Source: Planctomycetota bacterium | Lineage (GTDB): Bacteria; Planctomycetota; Planctomycetia; Pirellulales; Lacipirellulaceae | Reading direction: 5' to 3' | DNA length: 56,449 nt | Assembly: GCA_039190745.1 (NCBI GenBank) | Contig: JBCCXZ010000020.1 | Span: forward strand, 1 to 56,449 | Position numbers and translations under genes: made by a program | The notes under the pieces: generated by a model | What the model was told of the DNA's origin: nothing | What the model saw: the letters and a program-made list of their open reading frames with translations, nothing else | Databases searched by the model: none | Shown: piece by piece, positions 38,433-47,407 of the stretch | How positions within the stretch are numbered: position 1 is the first letter of the stretch | Layout of the letters: every line of letters starts with the position of its first letter

Positions 38433-39248
38433 CTACCCTCCATAGCCGCTGTAGCGGTTGTATCCGGCGGACATCGCGCCCCGGCAGGCGACGGCGAAGA
38501 ACAGGACCCAGCCTGCCTGGATCGCCAGCCCCTGCGTCAGCTCCGGGCCCTCGACCTTGCCGAGGAACACCGCCGCGGGGAAGTACGCCAGGTACTTCAG
38601 CGGTAAGAGGTCGACGATGGTCGAGTACGGCTCGGGCAAGAGCTCCAATGGGAACATGTGGCCCGAGCAGAAGAAGTTGAACAGCATGTAGACGAACAGC
38701 AGGGAGCTGACCTCGAGGAACCAGAACGAGATCATGCCCATGGCCGCTTCCAGGAAGAAACCCAGCAGGAACGACATCACCAGCGAAAGCAGGAACGCAC
38801 AGAACACGTCGGTCGGCGGCCAGCCGGGGAAGTAGCTGCGGCAGAGGTAGAACACCAGTGCGAACGGGCCAGCGGCGACAAGGTAGTACACCAGCTTGTG
38901 GGCGATCCGCGACAGCAGCAGGAACGAGATCAGATCGATGGGCTGGATCAGGAATTTCTTGATCTCGCCCTCGCGCACTTGGCGGGCGATGCCGGTTGCC
39001 AGGCCGGGCATGCTGGAGAATGCGCGGGCGACCATCGTCAGTAGGTAATAGGCGACGATGTCGTCGCGGCTGTATCCGACGATGGACTGCTGCCCCGCCG
39101 CGGCGAACACGGCGGTCCACAGAAAAATCTGCGTGATGATCGGCAGGAACCGCATCAGCGTGCCGAGCGCAAAATCGCCTCGGTAGACAAGCCGCTCTTC
39201 CACGCAGATGCGGAAGATGTACCACCAGGTTTGGGCGTGGGCGAGCAT
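38433..39248 (-). CDS. ABC-2 family permease (DUF990-type)
   Basis: VREGEIKKFLIQPID and SGHMFPLELLP; multi-TM. Confidence 0.9.
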   Translation of the reverse strand: MLAHAQTWWYIFRICVEERLVYRGDFALGTLMRFLPIITQIFLWTAVFAAAGQQSIVGYSRDDIVAYYLLTMVARAFSSMPGLATGIARQVREGEIKKFLIQPIDLISFLLLSRIAHKLVYYLVAAGPFALVFYLCRSYFPGWPPTDVFCAFLLSLVMSFLLGFFLEAAMGMISFWFLEVSSLLFVYMLFNFFCSGHMFPLELLPEPYSTIVDLLPLKYLAYFPAAVFLGKVEGPELTQGLAIQAGWVLFFAVACRGAMSAGYNRYSGYGG

Positions 39249-39279
39249 GCTTGCGTAGTGGGTAGGCTTACTGGAGGGA

Positions 39280-39467
39280 ACCACGAAGACACCAAGGGCA
39301 CGAAGACGCACGAAGAACGGGATTGAGGGTAACGAAGAGTCTTGGAAGCACTAATCACCACTGATTGCCACTCATCAGATTAGCGTCGATTAGCGGAGAT
39401 TAGTGTTCCTAGCTCCTTCAACTCCTGCTTACTTGGAGCGTCTTTGTGTCCTTGGTGCCTTCGTGGT
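39280..39467. repeat. Nested inverted-repeat elements: outer CACGAAG-type arms, inner CTAAT/GATTAG 10-mer arms (39344-39409)
   Basis: Outer arms 39280-39309 and 39438-39467 match at 27/30; inner right arm is gattagcgtc gattagcgga gattagtgtt. Confidence 0.88.
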
Positions 39468-39482
39468 AATTCTGCTTTGGGC

Positions 39483-40487
39483 TCAAGCAACAGGCTCGGC
39501 GTCCATCTCCTCGGACGTTTGGGCGAACATTGTTGCGATGACTTCTTCCAGCGGCGGATCCTCGACGCTGATGTCTTCGATGTTGTGGTTGTCGAGCACC
39601 GCGGTCAGCACGTGCGCGATCTCGGAACGCTCTACCCGCAGCCGCACGCGGGGTTCGTCGATCTCGATCACGTCTCCGTAGCGCGCCAGGTCGCTGGGGG
39701 CGTCGCCGTCGGCGAACAGGATCGTCAGGACCTTGTGGCCGCTGAACTCGTCCACGATCCCCTCCAGCGAGCCGTCGTACATGATCCGCCCCTGCGCGAT
39801 CATCACCACCCGCTTGCAGAGGGCAGCCACGTCTTTCATGTAGTGGCTGGTCAGCAGCACTGTGATGCCGCGCTTCTCCTGGTAGTGCTTCAGGAACTTC
39901 TGGATGTTGTGCTGCGCGACCACGTCGAGGCCGATCGTTGGCTCGTCCAGGAAGAGCACGTCTGGGGCGTGCAGCAAGGCCGCGGTCAGTTCCATCTTCA
40001 TCCGCTCGCCGAGCGACAGTTCTCGCACTGGCTGGCCGAGCAGGCCGCGGATGTCCAGCAAGTCGACCAACTCGTCCCGGGTGCGGTCGAACTCTTCCGG
40101 GGGGATGCGGTAGATCTTCTGGTGGAGCTTAAACGACTCCTGGGCGGGCAGGTCCCACCAGAGCTGGTTCTTCTGGCCCATGACCAGGGCAAACCGGCGG
40201 CGGTACTCGTTTTCCCGCTTCCAGGGCACGTGGCCCATTACCGTTGCTTCGCCGCCGGAGGGGCTGATCACGCCCGAGAGCAGCTTCAGGGTCGTGGTCT
40301 TCCCTGCCCCGTTGGGGCCCAAGAACGCGACAAACTCGCCCTGGCCGACGTCCAGATCGATCCCCTTCACCGCGTGGACCTCGCGGTACTCGCGGTGGAA
40401 TAGCCCAGAGATCGAGGCCCGCAGGCCCTCTTTCTTCTGGTAGACGCGGTACGACTTCCGAAGCCCGCGGATCTGGATGGTGCTCAT
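39483..40487 (-). CDS. ABC transporter ATP-binding protein
   Basis: [23 protein letters not shown] and LTSHYM. Confidence 0.96.
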   Translation of the reverse strand: MSTIQIRGLRKSYRVYQKKEGLRASISGLFHREYREVHAVKGIDLDVGQGEFVAFLGPNGAGKTTTLKLLSGVISPSGGEATVMGHVPWKRENEYRRRFALVMGQKNQLWWDLPAQESFKLHQKIYRIPPEEFDRTRDELVDLLDIRGLLGQPVRELSLGERMKMELTAALLHAPDVLFLDEPTIGLDVVAQHNIQKFLKHYQEKRGITVLLTSHYMKDVAALCKRVVMIAQGRIMYDGSLEGIVDEFSGHKVLTILFADGDAPSDLARYGDVIEIDEPRVRLRVERSEIAHVLTAVLDNHNIEDISVEDPPLEEVIATMFAQTSEEMDAEPVA

Positions 40488-40494
40488 TGGCCAG

Positions 40495-40500
40495 ATTATA
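40495..40500 (-). promoter_or_regulatory. -10 box 7 nt from the ATG (probable leaderless transcript)
   Basis: Minus strand reads TATAAT-ctggcca-ATG. Confidence 0.55.
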
Positions 40501-40770
40501 GGCGGGCCGGCCGGCTCGGCCCAGCCGCCCGGAGGCGGGGCCTCCGTCGGGACGCTTGCTGTCGCCGGCGAACCGCTTTTTCGCGGGCTAGCCTAGCCCG
40601 CATTTGCGTAGCCTTTCAGAGCTTTTGCGCGTCAGGCCTCGCCAGTTAACGATCGGTGTTGAATAATACCTGCAGACGGCGGTAAGGTTGTCGGCCCTCC
40701 GGGAGACTCAGTCCCCGGGTCGGCTTTCCCGAGCCGCGTCGCGGTCCATCCCAGCACGGCACTGGCACCT

Positions 40771-41037
40771 ATGAAACTCCCGAGCCTCAAGGTCGCGATC
40801 CCGGCCATTTTTCTTTTCTGGTGTGTTGCAGGCGTAGTCGCCAAAGGCTGGGTGATGCTTGTCTACCCCGGCATGTGGGCGGCCGTGGCCGGGGCGTTCT
40901 ATGGGCTGCACTTGATGCTCCGTGCCCAGCCGGCGCCCTCGGGTTTCGCCGAAGAGCAAGACGAAGCCGCCGAGGAACACGCCGTCGCCGCGGAGACGCC
41001 CGCAGCGGTCGATCGGGAACCGTCCGCGGCCCTCTAG
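40771..41037 (+). CDS. Small hypothetical membrane protein
   Basis: Two hydrophobic segments and an acidic tail. Confidence 0.6.
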   Translation: MKLPSLKVAIPAIFLFWCVAGVVAKGWVMLVYPGMWAAVAGAFYGLHLMLRAQPAPSGFAEEQDEAAEEHAVAAETPAAVDREPSAAL

Positions 41038-41088
41038 CAGCCGCCGGCGCCGCGTCGCGGCGCCCCGACAATTACGGACGCCCGCCGC

Positions 41089-41958
41089 ATGAAGCTGCTC
41101 GACCGCCTGGAGTCGCTCGTCCGCCGCTTTGCCGTCCCCGGCCTGACAGGCAAGCTCGTTACCGCTCAAGTGTTCTTTGCGGCGGTGTTCCTGCTCCGGC
41201 TCCAGCAGGGCGCGGCCGACCCGCTCGAGGTCTTCTGGCTCGACTTCAACGCGGTCGCGGCCGGGCAGGTTTGGCGGCTGGTCACTTTCTTGTTGTTGCC
41301 GCCGTTTGAGCCGGCGCTCAACCTGAGCGCCATTTTTCTGCTTTTCTATTGGCGGCTACTCTACACGTTCGGCACTGCACTGGAATACGAGTGGGGCTTC
41401 GCGAAGTACAACCTGTACCTGATCATCGGCTCGGCGGCCACGGTTTTCGCTTCGGCCGTCGCGTGGCTTGTCTGGGGCGCCGCCGGGTTGGGCGGCAACG
41501 GCTTCCTCTACGCCTCGATCTTCCTCGCCTTTGCCCGCTACTACCCCGACTACGTGCTCCACATCATGCTGGTGCTCCCGATGAAGGTGAAGTGGCTCGC
41601 CTGGTTCCAGGCCGCCGGCTACGTGTTCCTGTTGGTGTTCGGCACCAATCTGGGGCGTCTGATGGTGCTTGCCTCGGTGACAAACTACCTCGTATTCTTC
41701 GGCCGCGACCACTACCGAGACGCGAAGCAGCGGAAGCGCAGCCAGGAGTACCGCGCCAAGGCGAAGGAGGCTTCGAAGCCGCTAGTGCACGAGTGCCGGG
41801 TGTGCGGATTGACGAGCCAGATGGCGCCGAAGACGCTCTTCCGCTACTGCTCGCAGTGCGACGGCCAGGCGTGCTACTGCCCGGAACACATCGGCAACCA
41901 CGAGCACGTCCGCACCGCAGCGCCAGCCGACGCCGAGCCCGCAGATGCCGAAGCGTAA
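41089..41958 (+). CDS. Rhomboid/derlin-like membrane protein with a C-terminal zinc finger
   Basis: GQVWRLVTF, FGTALEYEWG; C-terminal CRVC...CSQC...YCPEH. Confidence 0.75.
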   Translation: MKLLDRLESLVRRFAVPGLTGKLVTAQVFFAAVFLLRLQQGAADPLEVFWLDFNAVAAGQVWRLVTFLLLPPFEPALNLSAIFLLFYWRLLYTFGTALEYEWGFAKYNLYLIIGSAATVFASAVAWLVWGAAGLGGNGFLYASIFLAFARYYPDYVLHIMLVLPMKVKWLAWFQAAGYVFLLVFGTNLGRLMVLASVTNYLVFFGRDHYRDAKQRKRSQEYRAKAKEASKPLVHECRVCGLTSQMAPKTLFRYCSQCDGQACYCPEHIGNHEHVRTAAPADAEPADAEA

Positions 41959-41963
41959 CACGC

Positions 41964-41999
41964 AAAAAAGAACGGCGGGGCGCCGAGCGCCCCGCCGTT
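41964..41999 (-). terminator. Rho-independent terminator between convergent genes
   Basis: aacggcggggcg-ccgag-cgccccgccgtt 12-bp stem with an A6 run on its left (U6 on the minus strand). Confidence 0.85.
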
Positions 42000-42029
42000 G
42001 TCAAATCAGTCCTCTAGCAACTCGCGAAT

Positions 42030-42701
42030 CTACCGACGACGGCGGGTCACGAAGCCCAGGCCAAGGCCGCAGACCATCATGATCGAAGTCGGCTCGGGAA
42101 CGACCGTGCCGTTGATGACCACGTCGTCGATGTACGAGGTGCCGAACGAACCCTGGAAGGCGCCGGCGGCGACATTGATCTCCAGGAAGGTCGCGTACAC
42201 ATCGTTAGGGGCGGCGCCCGTCGCTGGTACGACGAGCGACGGAGTGGTAAATGGGGCGTAGCCCAAAGTGGCCGGCAGAGCTTGCGGGCCGGTCTCCAGG
42301 ACGATGGCGCCGATGCCGTTCAGGATCTTCAGGTTCGCGAACGCCACGCCGCCGGGGCCGAGAGTCGTGTCGTGGGAGAAGCTAGCCGAGACGCTTGTGC
42401 CCGAGACGAGCGAACCGAATCCGACGTCGGCAATGCTGTTCTGGTTGATGCCGGCATTGGCGCCCGCGGTCGGATCACCAACAGATTCGATCAAGTGCGC
42501 CCAACTTCCGCTGTTGGGGTTTGAGCCGTCGCGCACAGACTGGGTGCCGGCGGGCCCTCCAGCGAATTCGGTCCAGAGATCGGAATCGCCGCCGGTGCCG
42601 GACTCGAAGCCGCCGTTGCCGGCGATGTCGACGCCGAGAGCGGGAGCAACAAGCAGAGCCAAGGAGAAGCAGGAAGCCAGAGACAAAGACTTGATAGACA
42701 T
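42030..42701 (-). CDS. PEP-CTERM sorting domain protein
   Basis: Signal peptide; NGGFESG...YIDDV beta-sandwich-like core; VPEPTS + TM + RRRR. Confidence 0.9.
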   Translation of the reverse strand: MSIKSLSLASCFSLALLVAPALGVDIAGNGGFESGTGGDSDLWTEFAGGPAGTQSVRDGSNPNSGSWAHLIESVGDPTAGANAGINQNSIADVGFGSLVSGTSVSASFSHDTTLGPGGVAFANLKILNGIGAIVLETGPQALPATLGYAPFTTPSLVVPATGAAPNDVYATFLEINVAAGAFQGSFGTSYIDDVVINGTVVPEPTSIMMVCGLGLGFVTRRRR

Positions 42702-42978
42702 TAGCTAAGCTCCAATACAAAAAGCAGTAACAGAAGTGTGAGATGAGTCGCTGTTGCGGCTTTAAGGGCAGTCAGTCAACTTCTGAAGTTGCGCCTACGC
42801 AGACAGCGGTAGCGTCTGAAAATCCCCCTTTCTTAGATTTTCAAGAAACTCAATCTCCGTGCGCTAGCCACGAATCGATGAGCGCGGAGTGTTTGAAAAG
42901 AGTCAGGATCGAGTCGAACGACGTTTCTCGTGCTTCGGGCCGCCTGTTGGCTGCCCTCGGCGTTACTTAGGAAAAGAT

Positions 42979-42994
42979 TGCAAAACTGCCGCCG
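42979..42994 (-). promoter_or_regulatory. Weak sigma54-like site upstream of the PEP-CTERM gene
   Basis: Minus strand CGGCGG-CAGTT-TTGCA; GG/GC spacing is correct but the -24 box is poor. Confidence 0.25.
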
Positions 42995-43108
42995 AACGGC
43001 GGTCTGCTGGGAAAAGGTTCACCCCTTTGGCCCCACGATAACGCGGGCAAAAAGTTGCTTGTTCGCTATCCGTACATCTGGGTCGGATCCAGAAAAAAAG
43101 GTCTCGAC

Positions 43109-43357
43109 TCACTCAAAAACCACACGGAATCGACTACTGCACTTGGGGCACGAGCGGTAGTGCTCGCTCAGGCCCTGGCTGGTGGTTCGCTTCCCCGTTT
43201 CGGCTTTGGTTTGGGTCGACCCGCAAACCGGGCAGCGGATAGCCGGGATGATGACCTTCCACAGCGAGCCTTCTCGGGCGGGTTCGACGTTCAACTGACC
43301 TAGGTCTTCGGGGTCGGCGCCGGCGTGATCTGCGAGGGCGTAAGTGGGGAGTGCCAT
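43109..43357 (-). CDS. Ogr/Delta-like zinc-ribbon protein
   Basis: IRCPVCGS...HYRSCPKCSSRF; GAGG SD upstream. Confidence 0.65.
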   Translation of the reverse strand: MALPTYALADHAGADPEDLGQLNVEPAREGSLWKVIIPAIRCPVCGSTQTKAETGKRTTSQGLSEHYRSCPKCSSRFRVVFE

Positions 43358-43609
43358 AGATGGTTCGCCTCGATAAGAGCGTTCCGCAGGAAACTGTTGC
43401 GAAACTGTTACGTCCGTTAGCTTCGCGAATCCTATCGGGCGTGTCAAGTTTTCACTAGGAAACAGCTAGGAATATTCGGCAAATATGCGTTCTTGCTAAG
43501 CAGCCATGGCTTGCCCTACGGCCTCATCTGAATGCGTAACAAGTTTCACGATAATCAAGAAACGGCCCACTTCCGCTTTCCCGCGACCATGAGCTTGTCG
43601 CCAGCAGAC

Positions 43610-44533
43610 CTAGTGCCGGAACCGTTCGCGGAGACTCCTTCTCCGCGGTCCACGGCGGGGCGGCCTCACGCCGCTCTTGATGATGAGGGTCAAGGCGTAG
43701 TAGCGGTGCGGACGGTAGGGCTCCAGCAGGCTCGCCATTGTTTCGTCATCCGAACGCTCTTCCCCCGTAAAGAAGTACGCCACTTGGTGGGGGTGGCCAT
43801 AGTCGCCGAGAACCAATGCGTCTGCGTCGCCCAGGCCTGAGCCGGAGAGGTAACCGACCGTCCACGGCCCGACGCCGGGTAGGCTCATCAGGTACTCACA
43901 GGTTTTCGGCAGTGAGTCGGCTTCCAAACCGTGCCCCCAAACCGCTTCGATGCGTTCAGCTGTGCGTGCCAATCCAACGAGTCGCCGTCCGTGCTGAGGA
44001 AGGATGCCGCACTCGATAAACTCAAACGAAGCCATCCGCGCGATCGCCTTCGGCTCCGGCGGGTACCAGAGGTCGTCGTGCCCGGGCACGCGGGCCCCGA
44101 GCCGTTCGACGAGTTTCCGCCACCCGTGCGTCGCGTCGCGGAAAGTGATCATCTGCTGCAGCACCACTTGGAGCAGCCGCGGGAAGATGGTTGGCAGCTT
44201 GGGAAGCCGCAGCCCAGCGAAGCGCTCGCCGACAACCCGCATCCGCCTTGGGTTTTCGAACACCGGCGGCTTAAACCGCAGCCCGAACAGGTCGGTCAGG
44301 AAGGGCTGCAACCACTCCGCCCCGGGGCCGGTTGGTTCGACCCGCAGTTCATCGTCGTCGTGCCACGCGGCGAGCGCCGCCGGGCCTTCCGGCGTCGCGA
44401 GAGTAAGCCTCGCCGCAGAATCGCTGTCCACGCGGAGGCACGGGTTGCCCATGCCCATCGTCATGGTGTTTAGCGTTTCGACCAGGTCGAAAGGGCCGTT
44501 TGTCGGGAAAGAAAAAACGGCGGTAGCGGGCAA
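43610..44533 (-). CDS. DNA-3-methyladenine glycosylase II-like (HhH-GPD family)
   Basis: VVLQQMIT, LMSLPGVGPWT, LGDYG and LEPYRPHR. Start uncertain (TTG 44533 chosen). Confidence 0.85.
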   Translation of the reverse strand: MPATAVFSFPTNGPFDLVETLNTMTMGMGNPCLRVDSDSAARLTLATPEGPAALAAWHDDDELRVEPTGPGAEWLQPFLTDLFGLRFKPPVFENPRRMRVVGERFAGLRLPKLPTIFPRLLQVVLQQMITFRDATHGWRKLVERLGARVPGHDDLWYPPEPKAIARMASFEFIECGILPQHGRRLVGLARTAERIEAVWGHGLEADSLPKTCEYLMSLPGVGPWTVGYLSGSGLGDADALVLGDYGHPHQVAYFFTGEERSDDETMASLLEPYRPHRYYALTLIIKSGVRPPRRGPRRRSLRERFRH

Positions 44534-44612
44534 GTTGCGGCTCTCAACGCTTTCAAAAGACGGCCGTGCGGGTAGGTGGAGGCCGTACTGTAGCGAGAGC
44601 GCCGGAGCGGGG

Positions 44613-46019
44613 CTAGGCCCGCCGGCGTCGCCGAGCAGCTGCCCAGCACACGAATGCGCAGCAGGTCGTGCCGAGCGACCCGGGTTCCGGCACTGGGGCA
44701 ATGAATGGGCGGCTGAAGACGTAGCCGGCGACATCGAGCCCCAGTTCCTGGCCGACCGTGTCGTCAAAGTTCCAGTGGATGCCCAAGTAGACACGGCTGC
44801 GACCGTTTTCGGCCATCGCCTCGCTGAACGAACTGAAGGTCCGCGTTGCTTCCGGTCCGGTCAGCTCTTCCGATTCGAGAGTGAATGAGATGTTGTCTTC
44901 CCCGTAAAACTCCGCCAACGCCCCGAACAAGGCCCCGCCGAAGGTTGCGTGTCCAGACACGTAGGTTGGGAACGGGGGCGTGAAGTCGGGAACCGAAGAG
45001 CCGCCAGGTGCGCCGAGCGGAGTCCAATCGACGTCGGCGGCTGTCATGTCGTTCCCGTCGGAGTCGCCTTGGCGGATACCGGTTACCGGCCGCCAGAAGT
45101 CGTATTCGAATTTAGAATTCCAGGCGATGATGCCCGCGTCTGCTACAGCAACCGAAGCCTTTGCGAACAGGCTGGCGTTCTCCTCGACGGTGTTTCCTTC
45201 TTGGACGGCAATGGTCCGCAAGGCTTGGTTGAACAATCGGTGCGGCGTGCCCATCCCCACGCGGTCGTAGGCCCAGAAATGGCCGATGTCCGTCTGTTCG
45301 TCTGTCCGTGCTGTGCTGTTGAGCGCTCCAAGCTCTTTGACTTCGTTGTAGGCATCCGCGTACTCTTGGCTACCGAGGTCCGGCATCGGAGGCGCCACGA
45401 ACTGGCGGTTTGATTGCAACGCGAAGGGCAAGACCTCCCCCCAAGCAGGCCCCCACGCTTGTTGACCGGGGTTGAGCGGGTCGGGCTGCCAATGGCCTGG
45501 CGCGCTCGTCGGCATGTATTGGCTTAGAGAGTCGTAGCCGTCGCCGGCGCGGCGGGTGAGTATTGATTGCCCGATCATCGTCCCGAGCGCCACCCCGTCT
45601 GTCTTGGCCATACCGTCGGGCACTAGCGAGAGTTGAGCTGTCAACTCGGCGTCGAGTGTTGATTGCTGATCCCCATAGATGCCGCTTAGCACGGTGTAGG
45701 CTGCTTGCGATACGGCCGCGGCGCCCGAAGAACTGAGTCCCGGTGAGGAATGCCCCGAACCGTAGTCGTAAAACATGTCAGCACCCTGCGTTGTACTCGC
45801 GATTGCGTCGTAAATCGCCAGGTTCATCATTGCCATTGAACGCGATGCCATGCCCGGGTTCTGCAGCGAGGTGTTGTCGCGGAAGACGTCAGAGGCGACG
45901 CGGTTCCAGTCGATCACGACGTCCGCACGCAAGTCGCTTGGCGATACCAAGCTCCAGCTACAGCACGCAACAACACCAAGAAGAACGCGGTGTGGCTCAC
46001 AGAATCGAAAGAGGTGCAT
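44613..46019 (-). CDS. Vanadium-dependent haloperoxidase / PAP2-superfamily protein with PEP-CTERM tail
   Basis: KFEYDFWRP, PPFPTYVSGH and SRVYLGIHW motifs; signal peptide; VPEPGS...RRRR. Confidence 0.88.
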   Translation of the reverse strand: MHLFRFCEPHRVLLGVVACCSWSLVSPSDLRADVVIDWNRVASDVFRDNTSLQNPGMASRSMAMMNLAIYDAIASTTQGADMFYDYGSGHSSPGLSSSGAAAVSQAAYTVLSGIYGDQQSTLDAELTAQLSLVPDGMAKTDGVALGTMIGQSILTRRAGDGYDSLSQYMPTSAPGHWQPDPLNPGQQAWGPAWGEVLPFALQSNRQFVAPPMPDLGSQEYADAYNEVKELGALNSTARTDEQTDIGHFWAYDRVGMGTPHRLFNQALRTIAVQEGNTVEENASLFAKASVAVADAGIIAWNSKFEYDFWRPVTGIRQGDSDGNDMTAADVDWTPLGAPGGSSVPDFTPPFPTYVSGHATFGGALFGALAEFYGEDNISFTLESEELTGPEATRTFSSFSEAMAENGRSRVYLGIHWNFDDTVGQELGLDVAGYVFSRPFIAPVPEPGSLGTTCCAFVCWAAARRRRRA

Positions 46020-46633
46020 CGAATTGTCCTGCGGATCTGCGCGGGCTTGGCTGTACAGTCAGCCTCTGGGTCGGCTGAATCAAAACGGAATCGGAGCGTA
46101 GTACGCACTGATCTTCAGCTCACCGCCGAGAGGTCTGCCTAAGCAGGCCAGATCTCAAGAGCCGCCCGTCCACTCATCGCTGGGAGAAACCTCAGCGTAG
46201 AGAACTCGGCAGGCACATGCCGTCGTCGCGAAAAGACACCCATTGCGGCGATTTCAGGGCCGTGGGGCGTTGCTTGCCGACGTTCGAGCAGACTAGAGAC
46301 TACGGATTCCGATGCCGCAGTGGATCACACCGGTATGGTTTGAAAGAAACGTTTTCCTGTGCTTGTCGTATTGTAAGCAACCTCACAGAACATTGGCAAG
46401 AATTTTTCACAGAGGGCATAGGACAAATGGGAGTACAAATACTCTGAACCCGAGTATTTTCTCTTGATGCCTCCTCCCGGGGCTTGCGGCGGCCGGCTTG
46501 AATCCGCCCTTCAAGAAAGCTCCCCTTTTTGTTGGGGGACACTCAGACTGGGTGAGTCTGCCGAATCGGTGTGTCGTCGTCAGCATTTGCCGGTGTTTTT
46601 ACGAATTCCTACGCCCGACCCCTACAGATTCCG

Positions 46634-47392
46634 ATGCGCTACTGGGTAGGAAAACGTCTCCGTCGCTATGGGGCCGGCGGCTTCGCGATCTACGGCGCCT
46701 TTGCCACGTTTATGTTTATCTTCCAGCGTTCGTTGCTCTATCACCCGACTCATTATGAGTTTCCCACAGTACTAGAGGCTTGGAACCGGGAGGGAGAGAT
46801 CCTCGGCTACTGCCGCGAGGCTCCTGATCCCGAGAACGTGTGGCTAATGACCCACGGCAACGCGGGCCAAGCCGCCGGCCGCGGCTACGTGTTGAACCGG
46901 GTGTCGCGGCGCGACTCGCTGTACGTTTTGGAGTACCCGGGGTACGGCCGCCGAGGCGGCGAACCGTCGCAGGAGTCGTTTGACCGAGCGGCGTCGGAAG
47001 CATACCGGTTGCTGAGGCAGGATTTTCCCAATACGCCGGTATGCGTGCTGGGCGAGTCGATCGGCAGCGGCCCCGCGTGCCGGCTGGCCGAGGAAGAGCC
47101 CCCGCCGGACAAGATTGTGTTGGCAACGCCCTTTGCGAAGCTGAGCGGCGTTGCGGCGGAACACTTCCCGTTCTTGCCCGTTTGGTTGTTGCTGCTCGAT
47201 GACTGGGACAACGTCGAATCGCTGGGAACCTACGACGGCCCCGTCGAAGTGTTTGGCGCCGTCGACGATCAGATCATCCCGATCCGCCACGCCCGGCGGT
47301 TGGCCGAAGAGCTTGCCAACGTGACGCTCACGGAGATCCACGGCGGTCACAACGAGTGGTCGATGAGCGGTGCAGTGGAGATTCGGAACTAG
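46634..47392 (+). CDS. Alpha/beta hydrolase with N-terminal TM anchor
   Basis: FQRSLLYHP, HGNAG, EYPGYG, GESIG, DQIIP and GGHN. Confidence 0.9.
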   Translation: MRYWVGKRLRRYGAGGFAIYGAFATFMFIFQRSLLYHPTHYEFPTVLEAWNREGEILGYCREAPDPENVWLMTHGNAGQAAGRGYVLNRVSRRDSLYVLEYPGYGRRGGEPSQESFDRAASEAYRLLRQDFPNTPVCVLGESIGSGPACRLAEEEPPPDKIVLATPFAKLSGVAAEHFPFLPVWLLLLDDWDNVESLGTYDGPVEVFGAVDDQIIPIRHARRLAEELANVTLTEIHGGHNEWSMSGAVEIRN

Positions 47393-47407
47393 CCCAGCTG
47401 TGGCGGG

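Noticed and set aside
11564..46019. Halogenase and haloperoxidase as one biosynthetic cluster
   Set aside because: They are about 32 kb apart, separated by housekeeping genes, and probably act in different compartments.
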